A stretch of 64,000 nucleotides of DNA from an uncultured bacterium (GTDB lineage: Bacteria > Patescibacteriota > Microgenomatia > UBA1400 > UBA12108), in contig CAJAUT010000006.1 in assembly GCA_903945195.1 (NCBI GenBank), positions 493 to 64,492 of the forward strand, written 5' to 3'. Positions 8,067 to 17,091 of this stretch are shown piece by piece. Each line of letters starts with the position of its first letter. Position 1 is the first letter of the stretch. The translations under genes and the position numbers were made by a program. The notes beneath the pieces are model-generated. The model did not search any database. It was not told the origin of the DNA and was given only the letters and a program-made list of their open reading frames with translations.

Positions 8067-8399
8067 TTATAATCTGTCAAGCCTTTCCTCTGCAAGTTTC
8101 AACTCTTTGCTGGGTAGTTTATTAGTTTTCTTCTTAAATGAATTAAGCAACACAAATTGCGAGTTATGCCATGTATACAATAATCGAATCGGAACTTTAC
8201 CTGAAGTTCGTAGTTCGTATATGGTGCTACTAATTCTCTTAGCATATGGCAAAGATAACTTCGGACCATATACTTTAAGCAAGTCCATAACTCGCATTAC
8301 TTTATTAAAAGTTGCATCATCCAAAGAATAAATAAATTCTTCAACTGGCTTATCGTCGCGACTATTTGCATAAAAACCCAAAATCCATGACATAACCAA
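8067..8399 (-). CDS. RelE/ParE-superfamily toxin (HigB/Gp49-like)
   Basis: ~110-aa protein upstream of and co-oriented with the HTH antitoxin. Typical toxin-first HigBA arrangement. Confidence 0.5.
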   Translation of the reverse strand: MVMSWILGFYANSRDDKPVEEFIYSLDDATFNKVMRVMDLLKVYGPKLSLPYAKRISSTIYELRTSGKVPIRLLYTWHNSQFVLLNSFKKKTNKLPSKELKLAEERLDRL

Positions 8400-8449
8400 A
8401 TTATGACATATCAGATTATTCTTTGGTAGAATACATTCACGTAAATAGC

Positions 8450-8523
8450 TGCGGGATCGTCTAATGGTAGGACTCGGGACTTTGAATCCCGCTATCTAGG
8501 TTCGAACCCTAGTCCCGCAACCA
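8450..8523 (+). tRNA. tRNA-Gln (anticodon TTG)
   Basis: TGCGGGA-TC-GTC-TAATGGTAG-GAC-T-CGGGA-CTTTGAA-TCCCG-CTAT-CTAGG-TTCGAAC-CCTAG-TCCCGCA-A-CCA. Anticodon TTG. Confidence 0.8.
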
Positions 8524-10098
8524 CATAGGATTAGTAGGAATAAGATCAGGTCTTTTGCTCAATATATCAGCATATTTAGTAAGTTCGAACGTTTTCTTTT
8601 CTTTTATTGACCAATCTGAGACTTTTGAAAAAACATAATACGAATTTTTCAGCTGTATAGATACTATTTTATCTTTTAGTAAAAAGTTCGAACCCAAGTC
8701 TCTGACCACTCTACCTTTACCCATATCATCAGCTTTCTTAAACTTCTGACTTGCTGTTAATGCAAACTCCATCTCGTCTAGCAATTCTCGGTAACTACGC
8801 CTAACAGGTAGAGCATCTTCTGTACTTTTGAGTATGGTTATTTGATCAGCAATCTTCTTTTTGGCTGGCTTATACTCAGCATCAGTAATTGTCCCATCTA
8901 GCAACTTCTCAAGTAAAAGGGAAGATCTTTTCTCTAGTACAGCAATATCTTTTGATTTATCAAGAACACTGACAGATTCTTGCTTATTTTCTTCAGTCTC
9001 TAAATATGATGACCATTTACTAGCCCAGGATAAGAATTCTTTAGGAATACGAATACTTTTTACAACCTCCTCTAATTGTTCGTTAATCACCGACTTTGAT
9101 ATAGGAGGTTGTACACATGATTGTTGTTGTGACTTATGAGAACAGCGGTAGTAATCGTACGGAACGGTAGTATTAGAGCTTTTGTTAAATTTAAATTTGC
9201 GTGACCCTGAAACCATGCAAGAACAGTCTGCACAAAAGAATAACCCTCTGTAAGGAAAATCATGCTTGCTTCTGAGTGATTTGTGATTAGGATTAATTTT
9301 GGTTTGCACTAAATCAAAAACTTCCTTTGTGACCATTGGTTTGTGCTTGCCATGATACCAATTACCAGACCTCTTAGGCCACTCGAATTCACCATAAAAG
9401 AAAGGATTAGAGATCATCCTGTAGAACCCTGACCTACAAATCAACTCATCTTTGCCACCAGCATCTTTCCATGCTCTACAACCCTCCTCATAGGCCTCAA
9501 CAGGTCGTTTACCCTGCAAGATGGAGTACCAGCAGGACTTTAGATATGGAAAGCGTTTAGTGTCAGGCACAATAGTGCGATAACCCATAAGTTTTTGAGG
9601 CGTATTTTTGTATCCCTCAGGTACTGGAGCAGGTAGCCATCCCATTTTGGCTTTAGCAGTCATCCCACGTTTCACATCAACACTTTTGTTATCATTCTCG
9701 AGTTTAGCCTGACCCCACTCAAAACCTAGAAAGAATCTATCAGTTGGAGAAGCCACATAAGAACGACTAGGAGTAACAATGGTTTGCAGTAACCCCTGAT
9801 CCATTAGGTAGATCATTGCACCTGAATCAACGGAGTTACGAGATAAACGGTTAGGATGCCAGACCAAGATACCGTTAATCTTCTTCTGACCAATCAGGCT
9901 AATCATCTCGTTAAAAGCAGGTCTACCTGGTTTTTTGGCAGATTTAGATTCCTTAAATGTTGCCACAAGGGTAATTCCTAGCTTACTTGCGAGTTTCTTA
10001 ATCTCATCTTCTTGAGCAGGAAGCGATAAGGCTTGGCGATCATCGCTTTCTGAGGATTTACGAAAATAAGCACAGTATTTAATTTCCATGGCTTGCAT
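8509..10098 (-). CDS. Large serine recombinase (integrase)
   Basis: N-terminal resolvase domain (YFRKSSESDDRQALSLPAQ...ILVWHPNRLSRN), recombinase domain and Cys-rich zinc-ribbon region. 3' end overlaps tRNA-Gln. Confidence 0.85.
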   Translation of the reverse strand: MQAMEIKYCAYFRKSSESDDRQALSLPAQEDEIKKLASKLGITLVATFKESKSAKKPGRPAFNEMISLIGQKKINGILVWHPNRLSRNSVDSGAMIYLMDQGLLQTIVTPSRSYVASPTDRFFLGFEWGQAKLENDNKSVDVKRGMTAKAKMGWLPAPVPEGYKNTPQKLMGYRTIVPDTKRFPYLKSCWYSILQGKRPVEAYEEGCRAWKDAGGKDELICRSGFYRMISNPFFYGEFEWPKRSGNWYHGKHKPMVTKEVFDLVQTKINPNHKSLRSKHDFPYRGLFFCADCSCMVSGSRKFKFNKSSNTTVPYDYYRCSHKSQQQSCVQPPISKSVINEQLEEVVKSIRIPKEFLSWASKWSSYLETEENKQESVSVLDKSKDIAVLEKRSSLLLEKLLDGTITDAEYKPAKKKIADQITILKSTEDALPVRRSYRELLDEMEFALTASQKFKKADDMGKGRVVRDLGSNFLLKDKIVSIQLKNSYYVFSKVSDWSIKEKKTFELTKYADILSKRPDLIPTNPMWLRD

Positions 10099-10099
10099 T

Positions 10100-10296
10100 A
10101 TACCGCCCTCCTAAAATTGTACTTCTCATGCATCGTTTAATGACTGTTAGTAAAGAGTCATTAAACGGGGTCGCAAAAAACATTCTGGTTATGATGTTTT
10201 TCGTCCTATGGCCGAAAAACATCAATTTAGATGATTTTGGGCTTACCCTTGTCAAGGTCGCTTCGCTCCCTTGACAACAATTCCAACCCCTAGCCG
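10100..10296. promoter_or_regulatory. Non-coding region dense in inverted repeats (possible recombinase operator, attP or replication origin)
   Basis: CGTTTAATGACT/AGTCATTAAACG (12-bp IR), GTTTTTCG/CGAAAAAC (8-bp IR) and TTGTCAAGG/CCTTGACAA (9-bp IR), all read directly. Confidence 0.3.
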
Positions 10297-11406
10297 TTAC
10301 CATGTCGCCTCCTCCTCAACCGCAGGCACAGGGAGCAAAGCCTCCTGCGTAGGCTTTTTGAGTAACTCATAACCTAGAGCAAAAGGAGCATTTACTTTGT
10401 TAATGACTAGCTCACTAGGAATGGAAAGGGAAGTAATAGGACTATCCTTCATAACTACCCCAACACCTGACTCAGCAATCATCTTCAGATTACGAGTAAT
10501 TGTGCTGTTGTTGTAGATCATCTTCAAATTCTGCTTTTGCGCAGGACTACCCACGTAGAGCTGGTGAAACAAAAACAGATTTTTGGCTTTAACTTCACCA
10601 TGAACAACAGAAAGTAAATCAAAAATGGTTTTAGGAGAATCAATCCTAATCTCGCTGGAGCGAATGAGTTTAGAAAATAGGGAATTGAGAATGGAGTAGA
10701 CATAGTCTCGATTTTCTAGATCAGCTAAATGGAAACCTCCTCGCTTATCCTTAAAAAGATCATTGAGTTTGGCCTTACGAAGTTGCATCTCAAACCTAAG
10801 TACACCTTCACTTTCAATCTTCATGGCGTCAGCATATTCGCGGTTATACTCTCGCAAATCTCGAAAACCCTTATCAACATACTCAGGACTTTTGAGGTAA
10901 AAGATGCCTGAGTAGGCCTTGCCACGATAAACGATAGAGGTATCGTAATTAGCAGTCATTTTACGTGGGTAGCTATACCCTCGCAGACTATTGAGCAAAG
11001 ATTGAGCTAACTCCTGAGTAGGTAGCTTCCATGCGTAGCAAAGATCTAATCGTTGTAAAACCCAATCATTGACCGGGACGTACTTTACATGAAACCAATC
11101 ACCCATCTCGAGCCTAATCTCATTTAATAAAGCCATCAGATTATCGGGGTAGTACAGATAGACGTTCTGACCATAAACGAGTTTAGGAATGGAAAATTCA
11201 GCATATAGGTCATGGCGAGGAAGCTTCTCGTTGTAAACCATGAACAAGTGAATCGTAAAACTATTATGATATACGAATGTCAGGTTGCACTGTTTACAAA
11301 CAACCTTTCCCTTAAAATCATGTTTTGTAGTAACTACCTGGTGCAAACTCATATCATCAAAATCAACGTGAGTTATGGGAATTTTTAGCTTAATCGTGTC
11401 AATCAT
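10297..11406 (-). CDS. Hypothetical protein, possibly a rolling-circle replication initiator (Rep_trans-like)
   Basis: A Y-x-K then LRFEMQLR stretch recalls the Rep_trans family. Sits in the integrated element next to the IR-rich region. Weak. Confidence 0.3.
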   Translation of the reverse strand: MIDTIKLKIPITHVDFDDMSLHQVVTTKHDFKGKVVCKQCNLTFVYHNSFTIHLFMVYNEKLPRHDLYAEFSIPKLVYGQNVYLYYPDNLMALLNEIRLEMGDWFHVKYVPVNDWVLQRLDLCYAWKLPTQELAQSLLNSLRGYSYPRKMTANYDTSIVYRGKAYSGIFYLKSPEYVDKGFRDLREYNREYADAMKIESEGVLRFEMQLRKAKLNDLFKDKRGGFHLADLENRDYVYSILNSLFSKLIRSSEIRIDSPKTIFDLLSVVHGEVKAKNLFLFHQLYVGSPAQKQNLKMIYNNSTITRNLKMIAESGVGVVMKDSPITSLSIPSELVINKVNAPFALGYELLKKPTQEALLPVPAVEEEATW

Positions 11407-11650
11407 GTGTCTCCTCAGCAGTAAATCTGTAGAGGTCTAGGAGGTACACGGCTAACTTTCTCGCCTCAATCAGGGTTAGAAGTACACCAAACCGCTTTTG
11501 ATAATGAGTCTGAAACTCAATGACTGCCGAATCAGGTAAATTGCCAGCAGAATACCCACGATTACTCGCGTTAGCTAAATTCTTTGTCTGGGAATTACTT
11601 TCTTGAAAATTACACGACAAAGCTGGCGACTTATCGTCCCCATGACCCAT
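11399..11650 (-). CDS. Hypothetical small protein
   Basis: ORF only. Co-oriented with the element genes. Confidence 0.25.
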   Translation of the reverse strand: MGHGDDKSPALSCNFQESNSQTKNLANASNRGYSAGNLPDSAVIEFQTHYQKRFGVLLTLIEARKLAVYLLDLYRFTAEETHD

Positions 11651-11801
11651 ATGATTTCATACAATGGATACCGCTTGTCTAGCACCGCCTAACCAACCGC
11701 CCAATTGGTAAGGTACTTTTACACCTATAGTGTCAAAAATGCAATTAAAATCACAAATTATAAAAAACTTAATATACTGAAACAAAATTCATGGTGAAAA
11801 A

Positions 11802-12128
11802 TCAGTAAGCCTTAAGCTTAAGCCATATTTCCACTAAACCAAGGACTAAGGAACAAAACGCTGTAAAAACACCAACCACAACAGTGATTATTAGGATTTT
11901 ATTTTGCTTTTTTAAAAGATCTAATTGCTGTTGAAAATTATTTTTAGATTCTTGTCGATCCCACTCTGGCTGCATTTGCTCGGATAAGGTCGAAACAGGG
12001 AATTTCCAATCTTGATACAATCTCTCAATAACATGACCTAAACTAAAAATCGCTCTTTCGATGGAGCCAATTTTATTTAACAATCGTTCATCAATAGACT
12101 CAGGCATATCAGATATCCTAAGCATCAA
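11802..12128 (-). CDS. Hypothetical membrane-anchored protein
   Basis: C-terminal hydrophobic helix. Confidence 0.3.
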   Translation of the reverse strand: MMLRISDMPESIDERLLNKIGSIERAIFSLGHVIERLYQDWKFPVSTLSEQMQPEWDRQESKNNFQQQLDLLKKQNKILIITVVVGVFTAFCSLVLGLVEIWLKLKAY

Positions 12129-12444
12129 AAATAGTTATACCGAAAAATGATAAGAAGCGGGAAAAAAGTGATTTACTGCCAGATAAATGTTTAAAAACAT
12201 AAGCATCAGGAGAATTGATTGCATAAGATAGATCCATAAGCAGATCAGAACGATTCTTCAGGGTATCAGAACTAGGAACCTTAACTATTCCTTTTAACTT
12301 TTCTTCTAGATCTCTCCGAATTTCTTCATTATCTGCTAGGATACTCAGAAAAACTGCTGAACCTGTTAATTGCTCAAAATAATCATCAAATACCTTTTGT
12401 TCTTTAGGAATGAAAACTAGTTTTTGTTTTTTTAGGTAATCCAT
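12118..12444 (-). CDS. Hypothetical protein. The internal Met start is preferred so the gene does not overlap the zinc-ribbon ORF; the track ORF is 12118-12576.
   Basis: ORF only. Start choice is an inference. Confidence 0.3.
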   Translation of the reverse strand: MDYLKKQKLVFIPKEQKVFDDYFEQLTGSAVFLSILADNEEIRRDLEEKLKGIVKVPSSDTLKNRSDLLMDLSYAINSPDAYVFKHLSGSKSLFSRFLSFFGITIFDA

Positions 12445-12445
12445 G

Positions 12446-12697
12446 TTACTTAGTTTTTTCTGAGTTAGGCTTAGAAAAATAATAAAAACTATTACAAACG
12501 TTGCATTCCCAATATTCCAAAAGCTTCTCATTAGAAGGTAAAGGTATCCAAAAAATATGCCAGGTACTCCTACCAATTTTTTTTATAAAGGGAGTAATCT
12601 CCTTACAATTATCACAATGAGCCTTCAAAACCTCATCCTCTGGTGCTACCTCACCGCTCATTGCCGTACCAGTACCGTTAATTAATGAAAAATACAT
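12446..12697 (-). CDS. Small zinc-ribbon protein
   Basis: Two CxxC pairs (CDNCKE...CNVCNS). Confidence 0.35.
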   Translation of the reverse strand: MYFSLINGTGTAMSGEVAPEDEVLKAHCDNCKEITPFIKKIGRSTWHIFWIPLPSNEKLLEYWECNVCNSFYYFSKPNSEKTK

Positions 12698-12721
12698 ACA
12701 ACAAGTATAACAGTAATTATA

Positions 12722-12973
12722 TTACTTGAGTAAACTACCCCAAACAAAAAACCAAACTATGCCTAAGACCATTAAAGCTAATATTAAATATAAAAGTACT
12801 TTAAATATTTTGTGAAAAACTAAATAAGCATTTAGTAAACCATATTTTTTTAATAAATTCTCCCACTTATCAATAAAATTCTTTTTGACAATCGGTCCAA
12901 AATAACTTATCAAATAATACAAAACACCAACAAGACCAAGAAAAGACGCTTTTGCAAGAAGATCATTAGTCAT
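12722..12973 (-). CDS. Small membrane protein (two predicted TM helices)
   Basis: Hydrophobic segments. Confidence 0.3.
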   Translation of the reverse strand: MTNDLLAKASFLGLVGVLYYLISYFGPIVKKNFIDKWENLLKKYGLLNAYLVFHKIFKVLLYLILALMVLGIVWFFVWGSLLK

Positions 12974-13116
12974 AAATAAATTATACGCTAATTAGTCTCA
13001 AGATCCAAAAGCATAAGAAGAAGACGGAAAACTATAGGGATGGTTCGCAATCTCGTCCCATATCCGCAACACCTCTGGAGGCGGTTTAGGTCGTAAGAAC
13101 CTGATAAACTTAAATA

Positions 13117-13482
13117 ATGACCGAAACAACCCCAATTCCATTAGACGCAGTAATCTATGAACGTTTTAAAGAATTTGGGGCCATGCAAGCCTACGAATAT
13201 CTTGATGGTGATAAAGCTGCAAGAGAAGTTCAAAAGAAATCGTTCTTGAGTGGGGAAATTGAAAATCCCAAATTAGATTACCCCAAAATTGACCTATCTT
13301 TACTAGAGAGTAGAGAGAATCAACTACTAGATCTCAAAGCTGATATTTTAAAAGATGAACCAAATGAAACCGTAAAGCAAGTATATCGTTGGAAAATAAA
13401 CGAAAAAATTGCAGAAATAGGGTTAAGTGACATTTTGCGTTGGTTTTTCACTCCTGTTTCCGTTTCAGTAGTAAAGCAATAA
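13117..13482 (+). CDS. Hypothetical protein
   Basis: ORF only. Confidence 0.25.
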   Translation: MTETTPIPLDAVIYERFKEFGAMQAYEYLDGDKAAREVQKKSFLSGEIENPKLDYPKIDLSLLESRENQLLDLKADILKDEPNETVKQVYRWKINEKIAEIGLSDILRWFFTPVSVSVVKQ

Positions 13483-14380
13483 TTTGTCGCCTTTGAAGTA
13501 GTTTTGTGCCGCGATGATGATCTATTAGTCGTTGGATCTGGGCATTGATTCCACCCTCAATTCGGTTAGAGGTGTTTGGTATTTGTGGATAGCGGAGATA
13601 CTGAAAAAGATTGGGGAGAGCATTCTTTAAATGCGAGTGAGAGGCATGGAGGTGACCGTGAGTGTAGTGCCACTTGCGACGCCCCGTGGGAGTTAGTTTT
13701 TCTTGATAGGTTCTCTCTTTGAGGAATGCCCGATACTGCTGATACCAAGATTTATAGGTGAGCAACCAAGTTCTCAAATCATCCTTGGATTTCACTAGGA
13801 CGATTTGATTAACAAGGTATTTAAGTTTTCTAGCTGCCTCTGTTTCTGGGTGTTTGGTGAGGAGCAAGTTAATTTGATGGATCACGTGGAACTGGCACCT
13901 TTGGATGATCACTCCAGGGTAGCGGAGCTTGATTGCCTTAAGCATTCCTTTCTGTCCATCACATATAACTGCACGGGGAAAGGCACTGATACTATTCAAA
14001 AAAGTCAGCCAGGTGGAGGAGTTTTCTGTATAAGTGAAGTGCCAGCCAACTACTTGATTGAGTGGATTCTGAGCAATGAGAACGGTTGCACCATACTCAA
14101 CATAGTATCCATCAATAATGAAGATGTCGCTTTGGATGAGGTGACAACTTGGAGTGATCTCCTCATCCCTAAAAGGGGTAAACCACCTATCTAGAGTGCG
14201 ACGAGTGACTCTGTACGCCACCCCAAAGTCTGACAAAGTTAACTTGCTGAGGAGCCATTTCTGATACAGCTGACGGTGATATTTCTGAGTGAGATCGACT
14301 CTTAACCTCGTTTCATTAGACCCACAACGAGGACATCGGTAGTGTGCCTTTCCACTTCTATGGCTTCCCCATTTCTGCAT
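13448..14380 (-). CDS. IS1595/IS1-like DDE transposase with an N-terminal zinc ribbon
   Basis: CPRCGS zinc ribbon and a C-terminal TSNRIEGGINAQIQRL...HHRG motif typical of IS1595-family transposases. Confidence 0.6.
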   Translation of the reverse strand: MQKWGSHRSGKAHYRCPRCGSNETRLRVDLTQKYHRQLYQKWLLSKLTLSDFGVAYRVTRRTLDRWFTPFRDEEITPSCHLIQSDIFIIDGYYVEYGATVLIAQNPLNQVVGWHFTYTENSSTWLTFLNSISAFPRAVICDGQKGMLKAIKLRYPGVIIQRCQFHVIHQINLLLTKHPETEAARKLKYLVNQIVLVKSKDDLRTWLLTYKSWYQQYRAFLKERTYQEKLTPTGRRKWHYTHGHLHASHSHLKNALPNLFQYLRYPQIPNTSNRIEGGINAQIQRLIDHHRGTKLLQRRQIIALLLKRKQE

Positions 14381-14438
14381 CGGTTTTCGACACTTGGAAC
14401 ACCATTTTTTTTGCCATATTAATCTCCAGGTAGCTTAA

Positions 14439-15548
14439 TTGTTTCTGATTATATCCTATCCATCCGTCAAATCACTCGATTTTACCAACGCAAAATGTCA
14501 CTTAACCCCAGAAATACGCATGCTTCATGCATCAGAGTCAGGTGACATGAGGAAATTTAAAAAGTATTCCGAATTTGTATACGGGAAACCATCAGAAGAT
14601 ATTTTCGGATATACCGTTAACTCAATTCGATCCGAAGCAACATTAAATCTCGCAAGTGATGACGAAACAATTCAGGCAGCAGCAAGAGAGTTATTGGAAA
14701 TACTACCAAGCGAATTACCTCATCATGAAATAAGTTTAATACCAAATGATGAGGCAATAGCAAGCATGAGACAGGCTACGCTTGAATCTGCAGGAGACTT
14801 AATAGAGCTCCCCGAAGGCACTACTTTCGATGCTTCGAGTATTAAGACTACTTTTGACAGTGCTCTAGAAACTCTCAAGGCTGATGGATGGCAAGTGGTA
14901 ATAGATACAAGTAGTAAGTCTGGGATTAGTGTCGACCAAGAAAAACAACAAGTTAAAATACCTGAAGGAAGAACGTTGACTCCCAATAAGTTGCAAACAC
15001 TGATAGTACATGAAATAGGAACGCACGTAAAACGCAGGGTAACTGGGGAACGATCCAAACTTAAGCTTTTGGGATTAGGCCTCGATAGGTATGAGACTGG
15101 CGAGGAAGGGGTAGCAACAGCAAGAGAACAAGCTATGTCAGGGAAAGTAGATGACTTTGCAGGATTAGACGGTCACCTAGCAATTGGCCTTGCGTACGGT
15201 TTAGATGGCACACCAAGAAACTTTAGAGAAGTGTACGAAGTACTGAAAAAATATTACAAATTAACCAGTCTAGTCGGAAAAGAAGCTAAGGAAACTGTTG
15301 AAGACAAATCTTCAGATAAAGCATGGAATCGTTGCGTGCGTACGTTTAGAGGAAGTGACTCAAAAACAAAAGGGGCATGTTTCACAAAGGACATCGTCTA
15401 TAGAGAAGGAAATATTGGTACTTGGAATGTTATACGAAACAACCCACAAGAAATGGCGAGATTTGATGTAGGTAAGTACGATCCCAGTAACCCTAGACAT
15501 ATTTGGATACTGGAAACTTTAGGCATTGAAGACGCTGAAATTGTATAA
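14439..15548 (+). CDS. DUF1704/QEGLA-motif family protein with an HExxH (putative zinc metallopeptidase). The true start is possibly an internal Met at ~14520.
   Basis: HEIGTH motif and a GEEGVAT stretch resembling the QEGLA motif. Confidence 0.4.
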   Translation: MFLIISYPSVKSLDFTNAKCHLTPEIRMLHASESGDMRKFKKYSEFVYGKPSEDIFGYTVNSIRSEATLNLASDDETIQAAARELLEILPSELPHHEISLIPNDEAIASMRQATLESAGDLIELPEGTTFDASSIKTTFDSALETLKADGWQVVIDTSSKSGISVDQEKQQVKIPEGRTLTPNKLQTLIVHEIGTHVKRRVTGERSKLKLLGLGLDRYETGEEGVATAREQAMSGKVDDFAGLDGHLAIGLAYGLDGTPRNFREVYEVLKKYYKLTSLVGKEAKETVEDKSSDKAWNRCVRTFRGSDSKTKGACFTKDIVYREGNIGTWNVIRNNPQEMARFDVGKYDPSNPRHIWILETLGIEDAEIV

Positions 15549-15560
15549 CCGATTTTTATA

Positions 15561-15591
15561 CCAGGTTCTAACATAGTCCGTTACCGCCAAC
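15561..15591. repeat. Intergenic repeat module A (GGTTCTAACATAGTCCGTTACCGCCAAC), copy 1 of 3
   Basis: Near-identical copies at 16365-16397 and 17092-17121. Each lies just after a stop codon. Confidence 0.8.
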
Positions 15592-15599
15592 ATACAAAA

Positions 15600-15630
15600 A
15601 GAGACGTACATATCCGTCTTTTTTTGTATA
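15600..15630 (+). terminator. Rho-independent terminator (AGACG-tacatatc-CGTCT then a T-run)
   Basis: 5-bp GC-containing stem followed by TTTTTTT, read directly. Confidence 0.5.
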
Positions 15631-15740
15631 ATGTAGATATAGTTTCGAACCGTAGGTTAGAATCACACATCAAGTCACGAAGTGACCTGAGAAATGTATC
15701 CAGAAACGAAGTATTCTGGGATACCTAGCTCGGCAACTTT

Positions 15741-15790
15741 ACTGGATCAAAATAGATCATGTTTCAATTCGTCAGAACCTGATAAAATCA
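15741..15790 (+). promoter_or_regulatory. Repeated promoter module B, ending in an extended -10 box TGATAAAAT 6 nt before the ATG (leaderless or short-leader transcript). Second copy at 16401-16450.
   Basis: Two ~50-bp near-identical copies, each directly upstream of a HAD paralog. TGATAAAAT at 15780-15788 and 16440-16448. Confidence 0.5.
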
Positions 15791-15794
15791 GTTT

Positions 15795-16364
15795 ATGATA
15801 AATGGAGTAATTTTTGATATTGGTGGCGTATTAATAGATGATCCACAATTTAAATCATTCTGGGGAGAAAGCAAAAAGGGAGCTGAACTAAGGGAACTAT
15901 TTGGTACGGGAAAAATATCACGAGAAGGTTTTGTTAAGGATGGAGCACATATTATTGGAGTATCTCCAGATATTTTTTTAACTCAATATATCGAGGCATA
16001 TTCTCAAATGAAAAGAATCCCCCAGACAATGGAGGTATTCAATAGCATCAATAAACAAAAATATATATTTTCCGACACAAATCCAATTCATTTAGAAATA
16101 TGTCAGAAATTATTCCCTGAAATATTTGAAAGTAGTAGTAAACAATTCTTATCTTATGAAATGAAACTAAGAAAGAATAGTAATAAAGCATTTCAACTAA
16201 TGCTCAACAATCTCCCATATAAAGCACATGAGCTAATATTTATTGATAATAATCCTAATTACATAGAAACAGCAAAATCCCTAGGTCTAAACACAATATT
16301 ATTTAATGCAGAATGCAATTTAACAAAATCCCTACTGCAAATTGATCAAAATATGTTTGATTGA
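15795..16364 (+). CDS. HAD-superfamily hydrolase
   Basis: Motif I FDIGGVL near the N-terminus. Confidence 0.5.
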   Translation: MINGVIFDIGGVLIDDPQFKSFWGESKKGAELRELFGTGKISREGFVKDGAHIIGVSPDIFLTQYIEAYSQMKRIPQTMEVFNSINKQKYIFSDTNPIHLEICQKLFPEIFESSSKQFLSYEMKLRKNSNKAFQLMLNNLPYKAHELIFIDNNPNYIETAKSLGLNTILFNAECNLTKSLLQIDQNMFD

Positions 16365-16397
16365 TACCAGTTTCTAACATAGTCCGTTACCGCCAAC
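16365..16397. repeat. Intergenic repeat module A, copy 2
   Basis: See copy 1. Confidence 0.8.
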
Positions 16398-16454
16398 TTC
16401 ACTAGATCAAAATAGATCATGTTTCAATTCGTCAGAACCTGATAAAATACCCTC

Positions 16455-17084
16455 ATGAAAAAATATCAACTATATCTGTACGATTGGGATGGTTGTATTG
16501 CGAAAACGCTAAATATTTGGCTTGACGCGTACAAAAAATTATTCAGCGAATATGATGTTCAGATTTCGGAACAAACAATCATCACTAAGGTTTTTGGAGA
16601 TTGGGAAGGACCGAAGAAAGTTGGAGTCAAAGATAACGAGCAATTTACCAAAGAATTACTTAACCTAGTAAACACAGGCTTTCAGACACTAGAACTTTAC
16701 CCTAAAGCTAAAGAAACAATAGTTAAATTAAAGGAGCTTGGAGTAAAGATAGCTATAGTTAGCAGCTCCAAGTGGGACTCTATCAAACCTGCTTTCGAGA
16801 AAAACAACTTATCAAAGTTAGTGGACACAGTAATATCTGCAGAATCCGTTACTCATCACAAACCTGATCCTGAATCAATATATAAAGCGATGAAAGAGTG
16901 CGGAATTACTAACAAAGAAGACGTAGTTATAATAGGGGACTCTAACAAAGATGTTGTGTGTGGTGCTAACGCAAATATTGATACGATATTATTTTACCCA
17001 CCTGAAAATCACAAATTCTACGACGAACAATACTTTAAACCATCAACATTTGTGATAACAGACCATTTGAGTATTGTGGAATAG
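16455..17084 (+). CDS. HAD-superfamily phosphatase (beta-PGM/phosphoglycolate-phosphatase-like)
   Basis: YLYDWDGCIAKT motif I, SSS motif II, K...GDSNKD motifs III/IV. Confidence 0.55.
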   Translation: MKKYQLYLYDWDGCIAKTLNIWLDAYKKLFSEYDVQISEQTIITKVFGDWEGPKKVGVKDNEQFTKELLNLVNTGFQTLELYPKAKETIVKLKELGVKIAIVSSSKWDSIKPAFEKNNLSKLVDTVISAESVTHHKPDPESIYKAMKECGITNKEDVVIIGDSNKDVVCGANANIDTILFYPPENHKFYDEQYFKPSTFVITDHLSIVE

Positions 17085-17091
17085 TTTGATA

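Larger units (their letters stand above)
8450..13075. mobile_element. Small (~4.6 kb) integrated element in the tRNA-Gln 3' end. Contains a serine recombinase, an IR-rich region, a putative Rep_trans-like initiator and small membrane or zinc-ribbon ORFs. A degenerate tRNA 3'-end copy at 13042-13075 is the putative attR.
   Basis: Recombinase C-terminus overlaps the tRNA 3' end. GGTTCGCAATCTCGTCCCATATCCGCAAC at 13042 resembles the tRNA-Gln 3' end GGTTCGAACCCTAGTCCCGCAACCA. Confidence 0.45.

Noticed and set aside
10079-10303. ORF 10079-10303(-), 74 aa
   Set aside because: It covers the inverted-repeat-rich intergenic region between the recombinase and the next gene. Odd composition (Cys/Trp-rich) and no homolog-like features, so more likely regulatory DNA.
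12118-12576. Full-length 152-aa ORF overlapping the zinc-ribbon ORF (12446-12697)
   Set aside because: The N-terminal 44 codons overlap the better-featured zinc-ribbon gene in another frame. An internal Met at 12444 gives a non-overlapping gene and is preferred. Either model is low confidence.
15630-15700. tRNA-like GGTTCGAAAC motif on the minus strand near 15645
   Set aside because: No acceptor or anticodon stems can be built, so it is an isolated T-loop-like string only.
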